Below are positions 21,713 to 30,927 of a stretch of DNA of 64,000 nt, in pieces. The first letter of the stretch is position 1. Every line of letters starts with the position of its first letter. Position numbers and translations under genes: made by a program. Under the pieces are notes generated by a model. The model made no database searches, was not told the DNA's origin, and saw only the letters and a program-made list of their open reading frames with translations. Source of the DNA: an uncultured virus (IMG/VR IMGVR_UViG_3300035682_000022) (taxonomy: Duplodnaviria > Heunggongvirae > Uroviricota > Caudoviricetes); IMG/VR virus record IMGVR_UViG_3300035682_000022; one strand, given 5' to 3'.

Positions 21713-22520
21713 AATTAGCTCCTTTAGAAAATATTGGCTTGGAATATAGGTCATAGTCGATCTTGTCTCGATAGGCCCAATGTCTAGTGAAGGATCTTTC
21801 TCCAGGTAAAAATCCTCCCTTGACTGCATGAACTATTCTGGATAAGTCTATTAGGATAAAATCCCCTTCACTCCAATTCCACCAAAAGGCATCTTGTTCT
21901 TTTTCTACAATTTCTGCAAAAACCCATTCAGTAATTTGTTTATATAGTTCAATGTCCAAACTAGAAGGTTCACTTAAGCCAACTCTGCAAAGTACCTCTC
22001 CGTTATAATATGGATGTAGTCTTAGTATTTTTCTACCATTATTCAAATGAGAAATAACACAAGGTCTTTCTATGTTTAAACTATCTGCGTCTTTTATAAA
22101 ACAATTGTCTAAAAATGTTTTCCATTGATCATTTAACCTATAATACAAAGCAGAAGAGTCAATGAAACCTGTTGCGCCAAATTCATTTGAGCAAATAAAT
22201 TTATCCATTCTCCATGAAGCTGCTACTTGAGGCCTAGATCTCTCTACATGCTCTAAGTGCCAGGGTATAAACAGGCTATCAATAGAACGTTCTTGGTCTT
22301 TAGTCATTTCAAAAGTTACCATATGGTCTTCTATGTGAGAATGATCAACGTAACCCCAGTCTAGCTTTTGACCGAACAAAGACATAAAGTCTAATTGTTC
22401 TGTGTCATTTAAATTTATTTTAGGAAATATAAGTAAACCATTTTTTAAAAATAAATTTATATAATTATCTATATTAAATTCAATATCTTTTAAAGAAGAA
22501 TTTTTTATTATATTATTCAT
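21705..22520 (-). CDS. TauD/TfdA-family dioxygenase
   Basis: WHLEH and WNWSEGDFILIDLSRIVHAV...RSFTR motifs. Confidence 0.75.
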   Translation of the reverse strand: MNNIIKNSSLKDIEFNIDNYINLFLKNGLLIFPKINLNDTEQLDFMSLFGQKLDWGYVDHSHIEDHMVTFEMTKDQERSIDSLFIPWHLEHVERSRPQVAASWRMDKFICSNEFGATGFIDSSALYYRLNDQWKTFLDNCFIKDADSLNIERPCVISHLNNGRKILRLHPYYNGEVLCRVGLSEPSSLDIELYKQITEWVFAEIVEKEQDAFWWNWSEGDFILIDLSRIVHAVKGGFLPGERSFTRHWAYRDKIDYDLYSKPIFSKGANFG

Positions 22521-22521
22521 T

Positions 22522-23142
22522 TTACCTTAATTCTGTAATCGTATAAAAAGATGGAGTTGTATATCTTTCTCCAGAAATAACTGGCTTAACTCCATGTAGA
22601 TAGTTTATATCTCCCGGATGGGCAACAGCCAGCCCAGGTTGTGGCGTAATGACCAAGTCGTGATCAGGATAATACAGTTCCCCACCTTGAAAATCATCAT
22701 TGTAATAAAATAAAGAATTTATATCATATGTTGGAAATGGATTAGGTCTTCCATCATTAGTTTGTTTGTCTGCATGAGGTCTCTGCTCCATCCCAGGACG
22801 CCATTTAATTATTACTGGAGGTCTTGTGGATAGTTCAACATTAAAAGATTGTTCTAAAAATTGTTTCATTTTTTGAATGTATCTATCAACAATATTGTAA
22901 ACTTCAATATTAATTTTCTTCAGAATATCCCAGCTACACTGTCTATCGGCCCAGTAAGATGCATCATAGATGCATGTCCCATCATCAGCATATTGGTTCT
23001 CTCCAGCATCCATCCATTCGTTAATGGTGGGCAAAAATTTTTGAATTACTTTAAGATCTTCTAATTCAATAAAATTTTTATAAATTTTTATATTGTCAGT
23101 AGAACCGCCAAAATAACCTGGTTCAACGAGTGACTTTTCCAT
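22522..23142 (-). CDS. 2OG-Fe(II) oxygenase, prolyl-4-hydroxylase-like
   Basis: HAD...YYNDDFQGGELYY...HGVKPVISGERYT. Confidence 0.85.
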   Translation of the reverse strand: MEKSLVEPGYFGGSTDNIKIYKNFIELEDLKVIQKFLPTINEWMDAGENQYADDGTCIYDASYWADRQCSWDILKKINIEVYNIVDRYIQKMKQFLEQSFNVELSTRPPVIIKWRPGMEQRPHADKQTNDGRPNPFPTYDINSLFYYNDDFQGGELYYPDHDLVITPQPGLAVAHPGDINYLHGVKPVISGERYTTPSFYTITELR

Positions 23143-23167
23143 ATTTTGCCTCTTAATTTCTGTAGAC

Positions 23168-23197
23168 TTGACTACTGACTAAAACCCATGGTAAAGT
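23168..23197 (+). promoter_or_regulatory. Putative sigma70-type promoter in the divergent intergenic region
   Basis: TTGACT-18 nt-TAAAGT with a TGn extension, upstream of 23246. Confidence 0.4.
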
Positions 23198-23245
23198 ATA
23201 GCACTACATACGCTAGGTAGCTAGCCAAAAAAACTGGAGATTAAA

Positions 23246-23920
23246 TTGGAAATTTACAACATAGAAGAACCAAAATTAGGAATAATCCTCTATAGAAATG
23301 CTATATCAGAAGAAGTAAATATCCCACAAAGACTAGAGACTACACTAAAAGATAGTAATCACGAATACTTCAAATGGAATGAAGCTATGGTTGGATATAA
23401 TGAAAAAATGCCAGATTATAGAGATTGCTATGATTTAAAAATAGGACCAAAACATTGGCCTCATCTTCCAGAAGAATTATCAGAAATTAAAAATGTTTAC
23501 GATGACTACAATTCTGTTTTAGCTACATGTTTAGAAGATTATGAAAAAAGATATAATTTTAAAATGGAATTTATGGAAGCAATTAACTTTATAAAATACG
23601 GAGAAGGTCAACATTTCCAAGTTCATACGGATTCAGGTTTTTCATACTTTTGCACACTTTCTTCAGTCGGATTCTTCAATGACGATTATGAAGGAGGAGA
23701 GCTTTGGTTCCCTTATCTAAACCTTAAATTCAAAGCTCAAAAGGGAGATGTTATATTTTTCCCTTCAACGTACATCTATGCACATGGATCAATGGAAGTA
23801 ACTAAAGGTACAAAGTATAGTGCAGTAACAATGTATAACTACAATGAGATTGGGCAAGCGAATACTGCATCTTCAGGGGTTCCAATTTCACCTCTGCCAA
23901 CTTTAACAAAAGCCAATTAA
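23246..23920 (+). CDS. 2OG-Fe(II) oxygenase, prolyl-4-hydroxylase-like
   Basis: HTD...NDDYEGGELWF...HGSMEVTKGTKYS; TTG start with GGAG RBS. Confidence 0.85.
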   Translation: MEIYNIEEPKLGIILYRNAISEEVNIPQRLETTLKDSNHEYFKWNEAMVGYNEKMPDYRDCYDLKIGPKHWPHLPEELSEIKNVYDDYNSVLATCLEDYEKRYNFKMEFMEAINFIKYGEGQHFQVHTDSGFSYFCTLSSVGFFNDDYEGGELWFPYLNLKFKAQKGDVIFFPSTYIYAHGSMEVTKGTKYSAVTMYNYNEIGQANTASSGVPISPLPTLTKAN

Positions 23921-23921
23921 A

Positions 23922-24602
23922 ATGAATGATAACTCACAAGAATCAATTGTAGAATATGTGGATAATAACATATATGATTTTCCACTTAAGTCAATAGACG
24001 GACAAGACGGCGTCTTGAAAAGCCTAAAGGGAAAAGTTTCTATGTTATTTAACGTAACTGGAGAATGCGCAAACTCTCCTCAGTACACGATTATCCAAGA
24101 CATATACAATGAATACAAAGATTTTGGCTTTGAAGTATTAGCACTACCCAGTACAGATTTTTGCCAAGATGCCTATGGTCAATTTGCAGACTCTAACTCC
24201 AGCGCAGAAAATATGAGAGATCATATGAAGGAATTATATAAGACAGATTTACCATTTTCTGAGATGGTAAATATCCTAGATGCAAGTAAGGACAAAGAAG
24301 ATTATAAAAGAGTTAGAGAAGAGTACGATAAGACTGATGTAGATTACTATGAGCCAAAGGGTGAAATGCATCCTCTTTTCAAAGAGTTTCAGCAAAATAG
24401 CGATTTAATTCATGGAAATTTTGAAAAATTCATTATATCTAGGGATGGCTCTAAGTATATTAGATTTTGCAACTCAGACCTATTGAGTATGGGTTATGAA
24501 AGTGGAGAAAGAAATATTTCTCCTGAACAGGCTTTACAAAACATTAAAAAAGCAATAGAAGAATTTATCAAAGAAGAATATGACGAAGATAACATTAACT
24601 AA
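23922..24602 (+). CDS. Divergent glutathione peroxidase-like protein
   Basis: LKGKVSMLFNVTGEC, GFEVLALPSTDF and GNFEKFII correspond to the three GPx motifs. Confidence 0.7.
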   Translation: MNDNSQESIVEYVDNNIYDFPLKSIDGQDGVLKSLKGKVSMLFNVTGECANSPQYTIIQDIYNEYKDFGFEVLALPSTDFCQDAYGQFADSNSSAENMRDHMKELYKTDLPFSEMVNILDASKDKEDYKRVREEYDKTDVDYYEPKGEMHPLFKEFQQNSDLIHGNFEKFIISRDGSKYIRFCNSDLLSMGYESGERNISPEQALQNIKKAIEEFIKEEYDEDNIN

Positions 24603-25281
24603 AACTCATCAAAATCCACCCAAGATACAACAGTCTAGACTTAAACGAGACTGGATGGATGAGACGTACAATAAGCACGCGTACAAGTGCCTACCGATGT
24701 CGGCAGCTAATGTAAATGGCTGGGAATTGGTCTTGCAGCAAGATGTAGTAGTCCAATGGGATGGCGGGAATACTCCACCAAGAGTTTTAGAAGGCGAATT
24801 CTTTAACGATAGACCTGTTGTAATTCCCTCTATAATTGGCATTATGTCTTTTGCCACAGGATGGGCTATTAATACCGAAGAAGGATATGATACCTGGATA
24901 ACTGGATCTCCAAACTATTTTGTAGATGGAGCAGCGCCCTTATCTGCTACTATACCAAGTTCTTGGTGGCCAGATGAATTTAATATGAACTGGAAAATTA
25001 CGAAAATTGGAGAACCGGTCAGATTTGAAGCTGGGATGCCGTTCATGTTTTTTAATATCTATAAGAATGATCTTCTAGAAAATACCGAGGTATTAGTTGA
25101 AAATCTTTGGGATAAACCAGAACTAATGGCCCAACGCCAATCTTATGGCGATGCAAAAATGAAGAAACTTCATGATCAACCCTGGACTTGGATGAATGGC
25201 ATTAGAACTGGCCTAGATGAAAATGGTAACCAAATTGGGCCAAAACATGATGGGCTATTAAAGCTTAGTGAACCAAATTAA
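24580..25281 (+). CDS. DUF6065-like protein
   Basis: RDWMD...HAYKCLPM..AN..GW, GSPNY, F.MNWKIT and F..G.PF pattern recalled for this family. Confidence 0.65.
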   Translation: MTKITLTKTHQNPPKIQQSRLKRDWMDETYNKHAYKCLPMSAANVNGWELVLQQDVVVQWDGGNTPPRVLEGEFFNDRPVVIPSIIGIMSFATGWAINTEEGYDTWITGSPNYFVDGAAPLSATIPSSWWPDEFNMNWKITKIGEPVRFEAGMPFMFFNIYKNDLLENTEVLVENLWDKPELMAQRQSYGDAKMKKLHDQPWTWMNGIRTGLDENGNQIGPKHDGLLKLSEPN

Positions 25282-25357
25282 GATATCGTACTAAAATAGT
25301 AAATTTACAAAAATTTTGGTACTATATGTGATATGCCCAGAATCCAAAGGAACGGTT

Positions 25358-25615
25358 ATGATCTTTAACAATATAGATAAAAGCACAAAATTAGAAATTT
25401 TACAAGAAAATATTCCAAAATATGAAAAAGATATTTACGAGATTCTTATAAAATTGGGAATTAATCCAGCAACATTTGACGAAGATAATTTTGAAGAAGA
25501 AGATCCATCGGTTGATGAAACGGATTTAACGACTATTGATTCACGTAGACGCTTAAAAGAAGCGATTGATTCCCTGAATATGATTAACGAAGAAATTAAA
25601 AACTTAGAAATATAA
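25358..25615 (+). CDS. Small acidic hypothetical protein (paralogue of the next gene)
   Basis: ATG 25358 after AAGGA; LGINPATFDEDNF motif. Confidence 0.6.
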   Translation: MIFNNIDKSTKLEILQENIPKYEKDIYEILIKLGINPATFDEDNFEEEDPSVDETDLTTIDSRRRLKEAIDSLNMINEEIKNLEI

Positions 25616-25617
25616 AT

Positions 25618-25839
25618 ATGCAATTTAGTTTATCTTCCGAAGAAAAAAAAGAAGCATACGAATCTGTAAAAGCAGAACTTGAAAAAGCTTTAATTTTAAG
25701 ATTGTCAATACTGGAAATAGATCCAGAAAATTTTGATGAAGATAGCTTCGTTCCCGCTGAAAATAGCACAGCTCAAAAAGACATCTATAATATAATTTGT
25801 AAAATTAAAGACATAGATAATAAAATATCTTTATTGTAA
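25618..25839 (+). CDS. Small acidic hypothetical protein
   Basis: 73 aa; LEIDPENFDEDSF motif. Confidence 0.6.
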   Translation: MQFSLSSEEKKEAYESVKAELEKALILRLSILEIDPENFDEDSFVPAENSTAQKDIYNIICKIKDIDNKISLL

Positions 25840-25850
25840 TTGGATAATAT

Positions 25851-27002
25851 ATGCAAGTTAAACTATCACAGGATTATAATCCATCCAACTATGCATGCTA
25901 TGCTGTCACTTCTATTAAAGAAGATTTTACCTTAAGCACAGTACATCCGAGTGGCCTTGAAGAGTATTCTGATTATGATGTTTATGACATTGGGGGTAAT
26001 TACCTAATAGCTTTTACTAAGGTAAATTTTGATAAAACTGACTTTATATACAGGATTGTTTCAGAAAGTTACAAAGAAGATATAAACGCTGAAAATTATG
26101 AAAATCTTCTTGATCTGTTAGACGGAACTTACGATGAAACAAAAAACGTATTTCACATAATGAATTCTGCTTCAAACTTCATCGAAGCAGTGGGTGATAA
26201 TCCAGTTTCAGTAGATGAGTCTAGAAGGTGTGATACAGAGAACTTCGCCGCTGTAGACTTCTATGATATCATTGCTGATGGAAAAAATGATTTTTTAGAC
26301 AGAGATTATTTTAATAATAACAACATATTAGGTTGGCCTTTAATCCTAGCTTCAATGGGCAATATCTACATAGTTAGATTAAAAGTGGGGGAGATGAATG
26401 ATAGGGCCTATAAGGATTGGGCATCTTGTGTTTTAACTGCTTCAAGCTTTTCCAATGCATTAAAGATGGCCTATGAATGGAACATCCTTGCCGGTGAACC
26501 ATGGAATAGCGAGCAGACCGTAGCCATTAAATGTAAAGCTGCATTTGAAGATTGGCAAATGCCACAGAACGTAATTGATTCTGTCATTGAAAGTCAACCA
26601 GCTACTTCAATAGAATTGTTCCTAAGTGGAGATTCAGATCCAAGAAGATCAATTGAAGAGAATAAAACTTTACCTATAGACCTTAAAAATTGGTTTACCT
26701 CAAAATTAAGATATAGAACTATTGTTTCACTTATGGAAAACTATCCAACAGAGCTAGAAATTCCAGCTTCAATGATTGAAGAAGAAAAGAAATTTTTTGA
26801 AAAAGAAATTTATAAATTTTGTATTGAAAATAAATTAGATATAAAAACAGTAACTTCAGTAGAGATACTTTCTGCTGCATATTTTTCTGGCCCTTCATAT
26901 AAAGAAGCAAATAATAGTATTACTGATATTATTAAAAAAAATCTATATTTAGATGACTTTCCTTCGGTATTAGAGTATATCGAAGAAATCGGCATAAAAT
27001 AA
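25851..27002 (+). CDS. Hypothetical protein
   Basis: 383-aa ORF with no recognised motif. Confidence 0.6.
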   Translation: MQVKLSQDYNPSNYACYAVTSIKEDFTLSTVHPSGLEEYSDYDVYDIGGNYLIAFTKVNFDKTDFIYRIVSESYKEDINAENYENLLDLLDGTYDETKNVFHIMNSASNFIEAVGDNPVSVDESRRCDTENFAAVDFYDIIADGKNDFLDRDYFNNNNILGWPLILASMGNIYIVRLKVGEMNDRAYKDWASCVLTASSFSNALKMAYEWNILAGEPWNSEQTVAIKCKAAFEDWQMPQNVIDSVIESQPATSIELFLSGDSDPRRSIEENKTLPIDLKNWFTSKLRYRTIVSLMENYPTELEIPASMIEEEKKFFEKEIYKFCIENKLDIKTVTSVEILSAAYFSGPSYKEANNSITDIIKKNLYLDDFPSVLEYIEEIGIK

Positions 27003-27083
27003 TCTTAACATTTTAGCGCAATTTACCTATTATAGGTGAAGCAGTTAGTTTATTGCACCGGTATTTTGTGGTACAATTATGAT

Positions 27084-27401
27084 ATGAATAAAATTTTTAG
27101 TGGTCAAAAATTTGTTGGCAAATGGGATATTACGGTTGACACTCCGTTTGGTAAAGAACAATACTCTTTAAACATAGACAGTGTTAACGATGCGTTATCT
27201 GGTTCAATTTCTCACGATAAGGGTAGCGCAGCTCTAACCGATGCTTCTTTTTTGGATGGAACATTTAAGTGTTTGTTAAATGTAGAATTTCCAATAAAAG
27301 CAACTGTCAACCTACATGCTAATATCGTTGATGATAATAAAATGTTTGGAACACTACTGATTGATCAATACCTAGAAACATTGTTTGTTGGAGTTCGATA
27401 A
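27084..27401 (+). CDS. Small beta-rich hypothetical protein, possibly leaderless
   Basis: ATG 27084 lies 7 nt after TGGTACAAT (27069-27077), in frame with ORF 27036..27401. Confidence 0.55.
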   Translation: MNKIFSGQKFVGKWDITVDTPFGKEQYSLNIDSVNDALSGSISHDKGSAALTDASFLDGTFKCLLNVEFPIKATVNLHANIVDDNKMFGTLLIDQYLETLFVGVR

Positions 27402-28015
27402 TGTCAATGTATAATTTTAGTGTTTCTTCAATACTGGGAAAAGAAGACTACCTTTCTGACTTCAAGGGTAAAACAACTTTAGTCGTCAATATTGCAAGTA
27501 AGTTTGGATATGAGCCCCAATGCTCCAAGCTTTGGTCATACGCAAGAACTTGTAGACAATTCTGGCAGCTGCAGTCTGTTCATGATCAGTTTAAGGATAG
27601 AGGATTTTCTGTTTTAGCATTTCCTTGTAATCAGTTTGGCTCTATGGATCCGGGAAGCAATGAAGAGATATCTCAGTTTATTAAAATAAATTATCCTTTT
27701 GTAACTTTTCCTATTTTTGAAAAAGTTGAAGTAAATGGAAAAAATGAACATGAAATATTTTCTTTTCTTAAAGGTTATGAGAAAAGAGCTTATTCTGACT
27801 TTACTGCAGACGGCACAGAAGAAGCTAAAAAGGGGCAGAATCTAGCAGGCCAAGCAATGGCAAGAATTTCTCATAACTATGAAAAGTTCTTGGTAAGTAG
27901 AGATGGAATTATGGTATCTAGATTCAACTGGCAAGATATGCCATTAGACGAAGTACCTAGAATACAAGGCGCAGGCTGGACAATTAGAGAAGCAATAGAT
28001 GAGGTGTTGGGATGA
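27401..28015 (+). CDS. Glutathione peroxidase-family protein with altered active site
   Basis: FKGKTTLVVNIASKFG, GFSVLAFPCNQFG and HNYEKFLV motifs. Confidence 0.8.
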   Translation: MSMYNFSVSSILGKEDYLSDFKGKTTLVVNIASKFGYEPQCSKLWSYARTCRQFWQLQSVHDQFKDRGFSVLAFPCNQFGSMDPGSNEEISQFIKINYPFVTFPIFEKVEVNGKNEHEIFSFLKGYEKRAYSDFTADGTEEAKKGQNLAGQAMARISHNYEKFLVSRDGIMVSRFNWQDMPLDEVPRIQGAGWTIREAIDEVLG

Positions 28016-29115
28016 ATCAGGAAAATAACAATAGAGAAAATCCATATTTAGGAATGTCTCCGTATCCAGTATCTCCAGAGTTTACTGAGGAAACAATAGT
28101 TGAGATTGGTAACTTAGAAGCAGAAGAGTTAGCTCCTGGAATAGTTGTCATAAAAAATGCTTTTAAGATAGAGCAAGGTAAAATACTTGACCATATAGAT
28201 TCCCAGGCAGAAGAGGCACATAGGACCAGATGGCAGTTTATAACAGCTGAGGATGGCGTTGAGTATGGTATAAACGAAGATGGCTTCAGGTATAGGCTAG
28301 AAGATGTTCCCGCAGCTCCTGTTCGATTATTACAGCCTGTTAATTCAGAAACCCCTGAGAATGTAAAAGAATTTTTTATTTATTTAGAAGAACAAATATA
28401 TAAATCATTAATAAAATATATAGATTTCTATCCACTTATGATAGGTAGTATTTGGTGGAAAAATAGAGGCCATATACTTAGATATGGAGATGGTGGCATA
28501 TTAGGCTGTCATGCAGACAACGACACTAATTACAAAGTATCTCAAGGGGTTAGATACATGCCTAAGGGTATGGTTGCTTCTCGACAAACATGTGGAGCTT
28601 TAGTATACCTAAATGATCAGGTAGAGACTGAAGAGGAATTAGATGGGAAAAACTTTACTGGTGGAAATTTAAACTTTGTTCACCTAGGCATATCCTATGC
28701 TCCCAAAAGAGGGGATATTATATTCTTTCCAACCAACTACGTAGCAGCACATGAAGTGTCTAAAATGGGCAAGGGCGTCAGATATGCCTACCTAACTTTT
28801 TTTGGACAAGGAGATAGTGATGTTGAATCTAATATAGTTATCGTGGAGCCAGAAGAAAGTTACGATTGGTGTCCAGCTGTTTGGTTTAACAATATCTATG
28901 ATGACTATGAAAGATATTGTAAAACTCCACATTCTAGATATTCTAATTTAGAAAAATATGGGGTTTCACCAGGTTGGAATCCAGTTTATCAAGGAAGAAA
29001 CGTAGCACAATACAATAAGAGTCATGAAGCAATTGTTGTTGAAAAAAAAGAAACTAAAGAAGTAGATCAAGAATTATCAGAAGGACCGTGTGGAACAGAA
29101 CCTAGGTTAATATAA
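28012..29115 (+). CDS. 2OG-Fe(II) oxygenase (paralogue 1 of a tandem of 4)
   Basis: HADND...YLND...FTGG...FPTNYVAAHEV...RY. Confidence 0.8.
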   Translation: MNQENNNRENPYLGMSPYPVSPEFTEETIVEIGNLEAEELAPGIVVIKNAFKIEQGKILDHIDSQAEEAHRTRWQFITAEDGVEYGINEDGFRYRLEDVPAAPVRLLQPVNSETPENVKEFFIYLEEQIYKSLIKYIDFYPLMIGSIWWKNRGHILRYGDGGILGCHADNDTNYKVSQGVRYMPKGMVASRQTCGALVYLNDQVETEEELDGKNFTGGNLNFVHLGISYAPKRGDIIFFPTNYVAAHEVSKMGKGVRYAYLTFFGQGDSDVESNIVIVEPEESYDWCPAVWFNNIYDDYERYCKTPHSRYSNLEKYGVSPGWNPVYQGRNVAQYNKSHEAIVVEKKETKEVDQELSEGPCGTEPRLI

Positions 29116-30041
29116 TGTTTGAAATAAAAGAAGAAAATATAGAAATACATGATATGGGAATTGTTCTTTTTAAGAATGTATTACCAATGGAGGCTCATGA
29201 TTATATATTGGATTTTGCAAAATCGATAAGATTACAAGCGCTAAAAGATGATTACACCTACGTTAATGATGAATTAGGAAATCCTTTATATGCCATAAAT
29301 AGAAGTGGACATAGATATTCTTTAACCGATGTAAATATTGCATGTAATCATATTATGAATTTTCTACATGATGATTTAGATGAAAAGTATTTTGCTTTTT
29401 TTAAAGCATGCGAAGACGTACTATATAAATGCATGATAAGGTATGTAGAGTTTTTCCCGATGATGCTACCATGTTTATGGTGGAGAACTCAAGGGCATAT
29501 AGTAGCTTATAGTAAGGGTAGTAGATTTGGCAAACATTGTGACAATGATGTAAATTACCAGCCTGGGGCAGAGCCCGATCAACAATTGGCTATAAGAAAT
29601 GTTTTAGGCGGTCTTATATATTTTAATAATTCAGTATCATCTATTGATGAAATGAAAAATAAAAATGATTACGTGGGTGGAGAAATATTTTTTCCTTATG
29701 CAAATTTTACATATTCACCAAAAGCAGGAGATGTAATAATGTTTCCCTCTAATTATTTAGGAACTCATAAAGTTTTTGAATGCAAAGAAGGGGAAAGATA
29801 TGCCTATGTTGGTTATTTTTCCCAGGGATCAAGCGATCCAAGTAGGGGCGTAAACATTAGGCAGCCATCAGACATTATGGATAGCGGACAAGTTTGGATG
29901 CCAGATATAGTTGATGATTATTTACAAGCAATTAATGAGAAGTATGGGGATACAGACCCAGAAATTTTATCTCTTCTAACAGAATCTGCCAAGAGACCAT
30001 TAACTAGTAATAACACGAATGAAAAAATAGGTAGAGCATGA
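29115..30041 (+). CDS. 2OG-Fe(II) oxygenase (paralogue 2)
   Basis: HCDND...YFNN...GGEIFF...FPSNYLGTHKV...GERY. Confidence 0.8.
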   Translation: MFEIKEENIEIHDMGIVLFKNVLPMEAHDYILDFAKSIRLQALKDDYTYVNDELGNPLYAINRSGHRYSLTDVNIACNHIMNFLHDDLDEKYFAFFKACEDVLYKCMIRYVEFFPMMLPCLWWRTQGHIVAYSKGSRFGKHCDNDVNYQPGAEPDQQLAIRNVLGGLIYFNNSVSSIDEMKNKNDYVGGEIFFPYANFTYSPKAGDVIMFPSNYLGTHKVFECKEGERYAYVGYFSQGSSDPSRGVNIRQPSDIMDSGQVWMPDIVDDYLQAINEKYGDTDPEILSLLTESAKRPLTSNNTNEKIGRA

Positions 30042-30919
30042 TATTTAATAAAGTAGAACCAAAACACTTGGGTGGTGGAGTAGTTGTTTTTGAAAATTGT
30101 TTAGATTTAGATTGGAAAAATGTAATCAATAAAGCAAGCGAACTTATTGATGAAGAGTGGAATGAAATGTACTCCCTTGCAATCGATCCGGAAACCAACG
30201 AAGAAATTTACATAAATAAAAGTGGTTATTTTTTTGGGAAAGATAGCATTGACATAATGCCCAAAAGAGCTAGTGCCATTCACTACAAGGATGATGAAGA
30301 TCTTAAGAGTATTTTATCTTTTATAGAATCTTCAAAAGATAAATGTTTGCTACAATATTTTGAGTTATTTCCATTGGCATACAAGTGTGTATGGTGGAAA
30401 GTCAAGGGGCATATTCTTCAGTATCCAAAAGATGTTTATCTTGGCTCTCACTCGGATATTAGTGGCGATTATATATATGGAGTTCTAGAGCCACAAGACC
30501 AATTGGCACTAAGAAATGTAGTGACTAGCTTAGTTTACTTTAACGATTCAGTTGACAAGCAAGAGGAACTAGACGGAAATAATTATTTGGGCGGTCATCA
30601 TTATTTTAACTATTTAGATATAGACTATTCTCCTAAGAAGGGGGATATATTATTTTTTCCCTCCAATTACATGGCGGCACATGAAGTTAAACCAGTCAAG
30701 GAAGGGTTTAGGTACAGCTACCTTGGATGGTATAGTCAAGGAACTCCCAACCCTGCAGTGCACGAATATGTTGCAGACCCGTTAAAGGACCCGGAGTTAT
30801 CTCAGAAAGCGACTAATGTGTATATGCCAACGTTAAGAGATGACCTAAAGAATCATTTATTAGAATCTGGATACAAAGAAGATTCTCCTCAATTTTATAT
30901 TACAAAATCAAATTATTAA
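30038..30919 (+). CDS. 2OG-Fe(II) oxygenase (paralogue 3)
   Basis: HSD...YFND...FPSNYMAAHEVKPVKEGFRY. Confidence 0.8.
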   Translation: MIFNKVEPKHLGGGVVVFENCLDLDWKNVINKASELIDEEWNEMYSLAIDPETNEEIYINKSGYFFGKDSIDIMPKRASAIHYKDDEDLKSILSFIESSKDKCLLQYFELFPLAYKCVWWKVKGHILQYPKDVYLGSHSDISGDYIYGVLEPQDQLALRNVVTSLVYFNDSVDKQEELDGNNYLGGHHYFNYLDIDYSPKKGDILFFPSNYMAAHEVKPVKEGFRYSYLGWYSQGTPNPAVHEYVADPLKDPELSQKATNVYMPTLRDDLKNHLLESGYKEDSPQFYITKSNY

Positions 30920-30927
30920 GGAACCTT

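Noticed and set aside
23922..28015. Selenocysteine-containing GPx
   Set aside because: Neither gene has an in-frame TGA.
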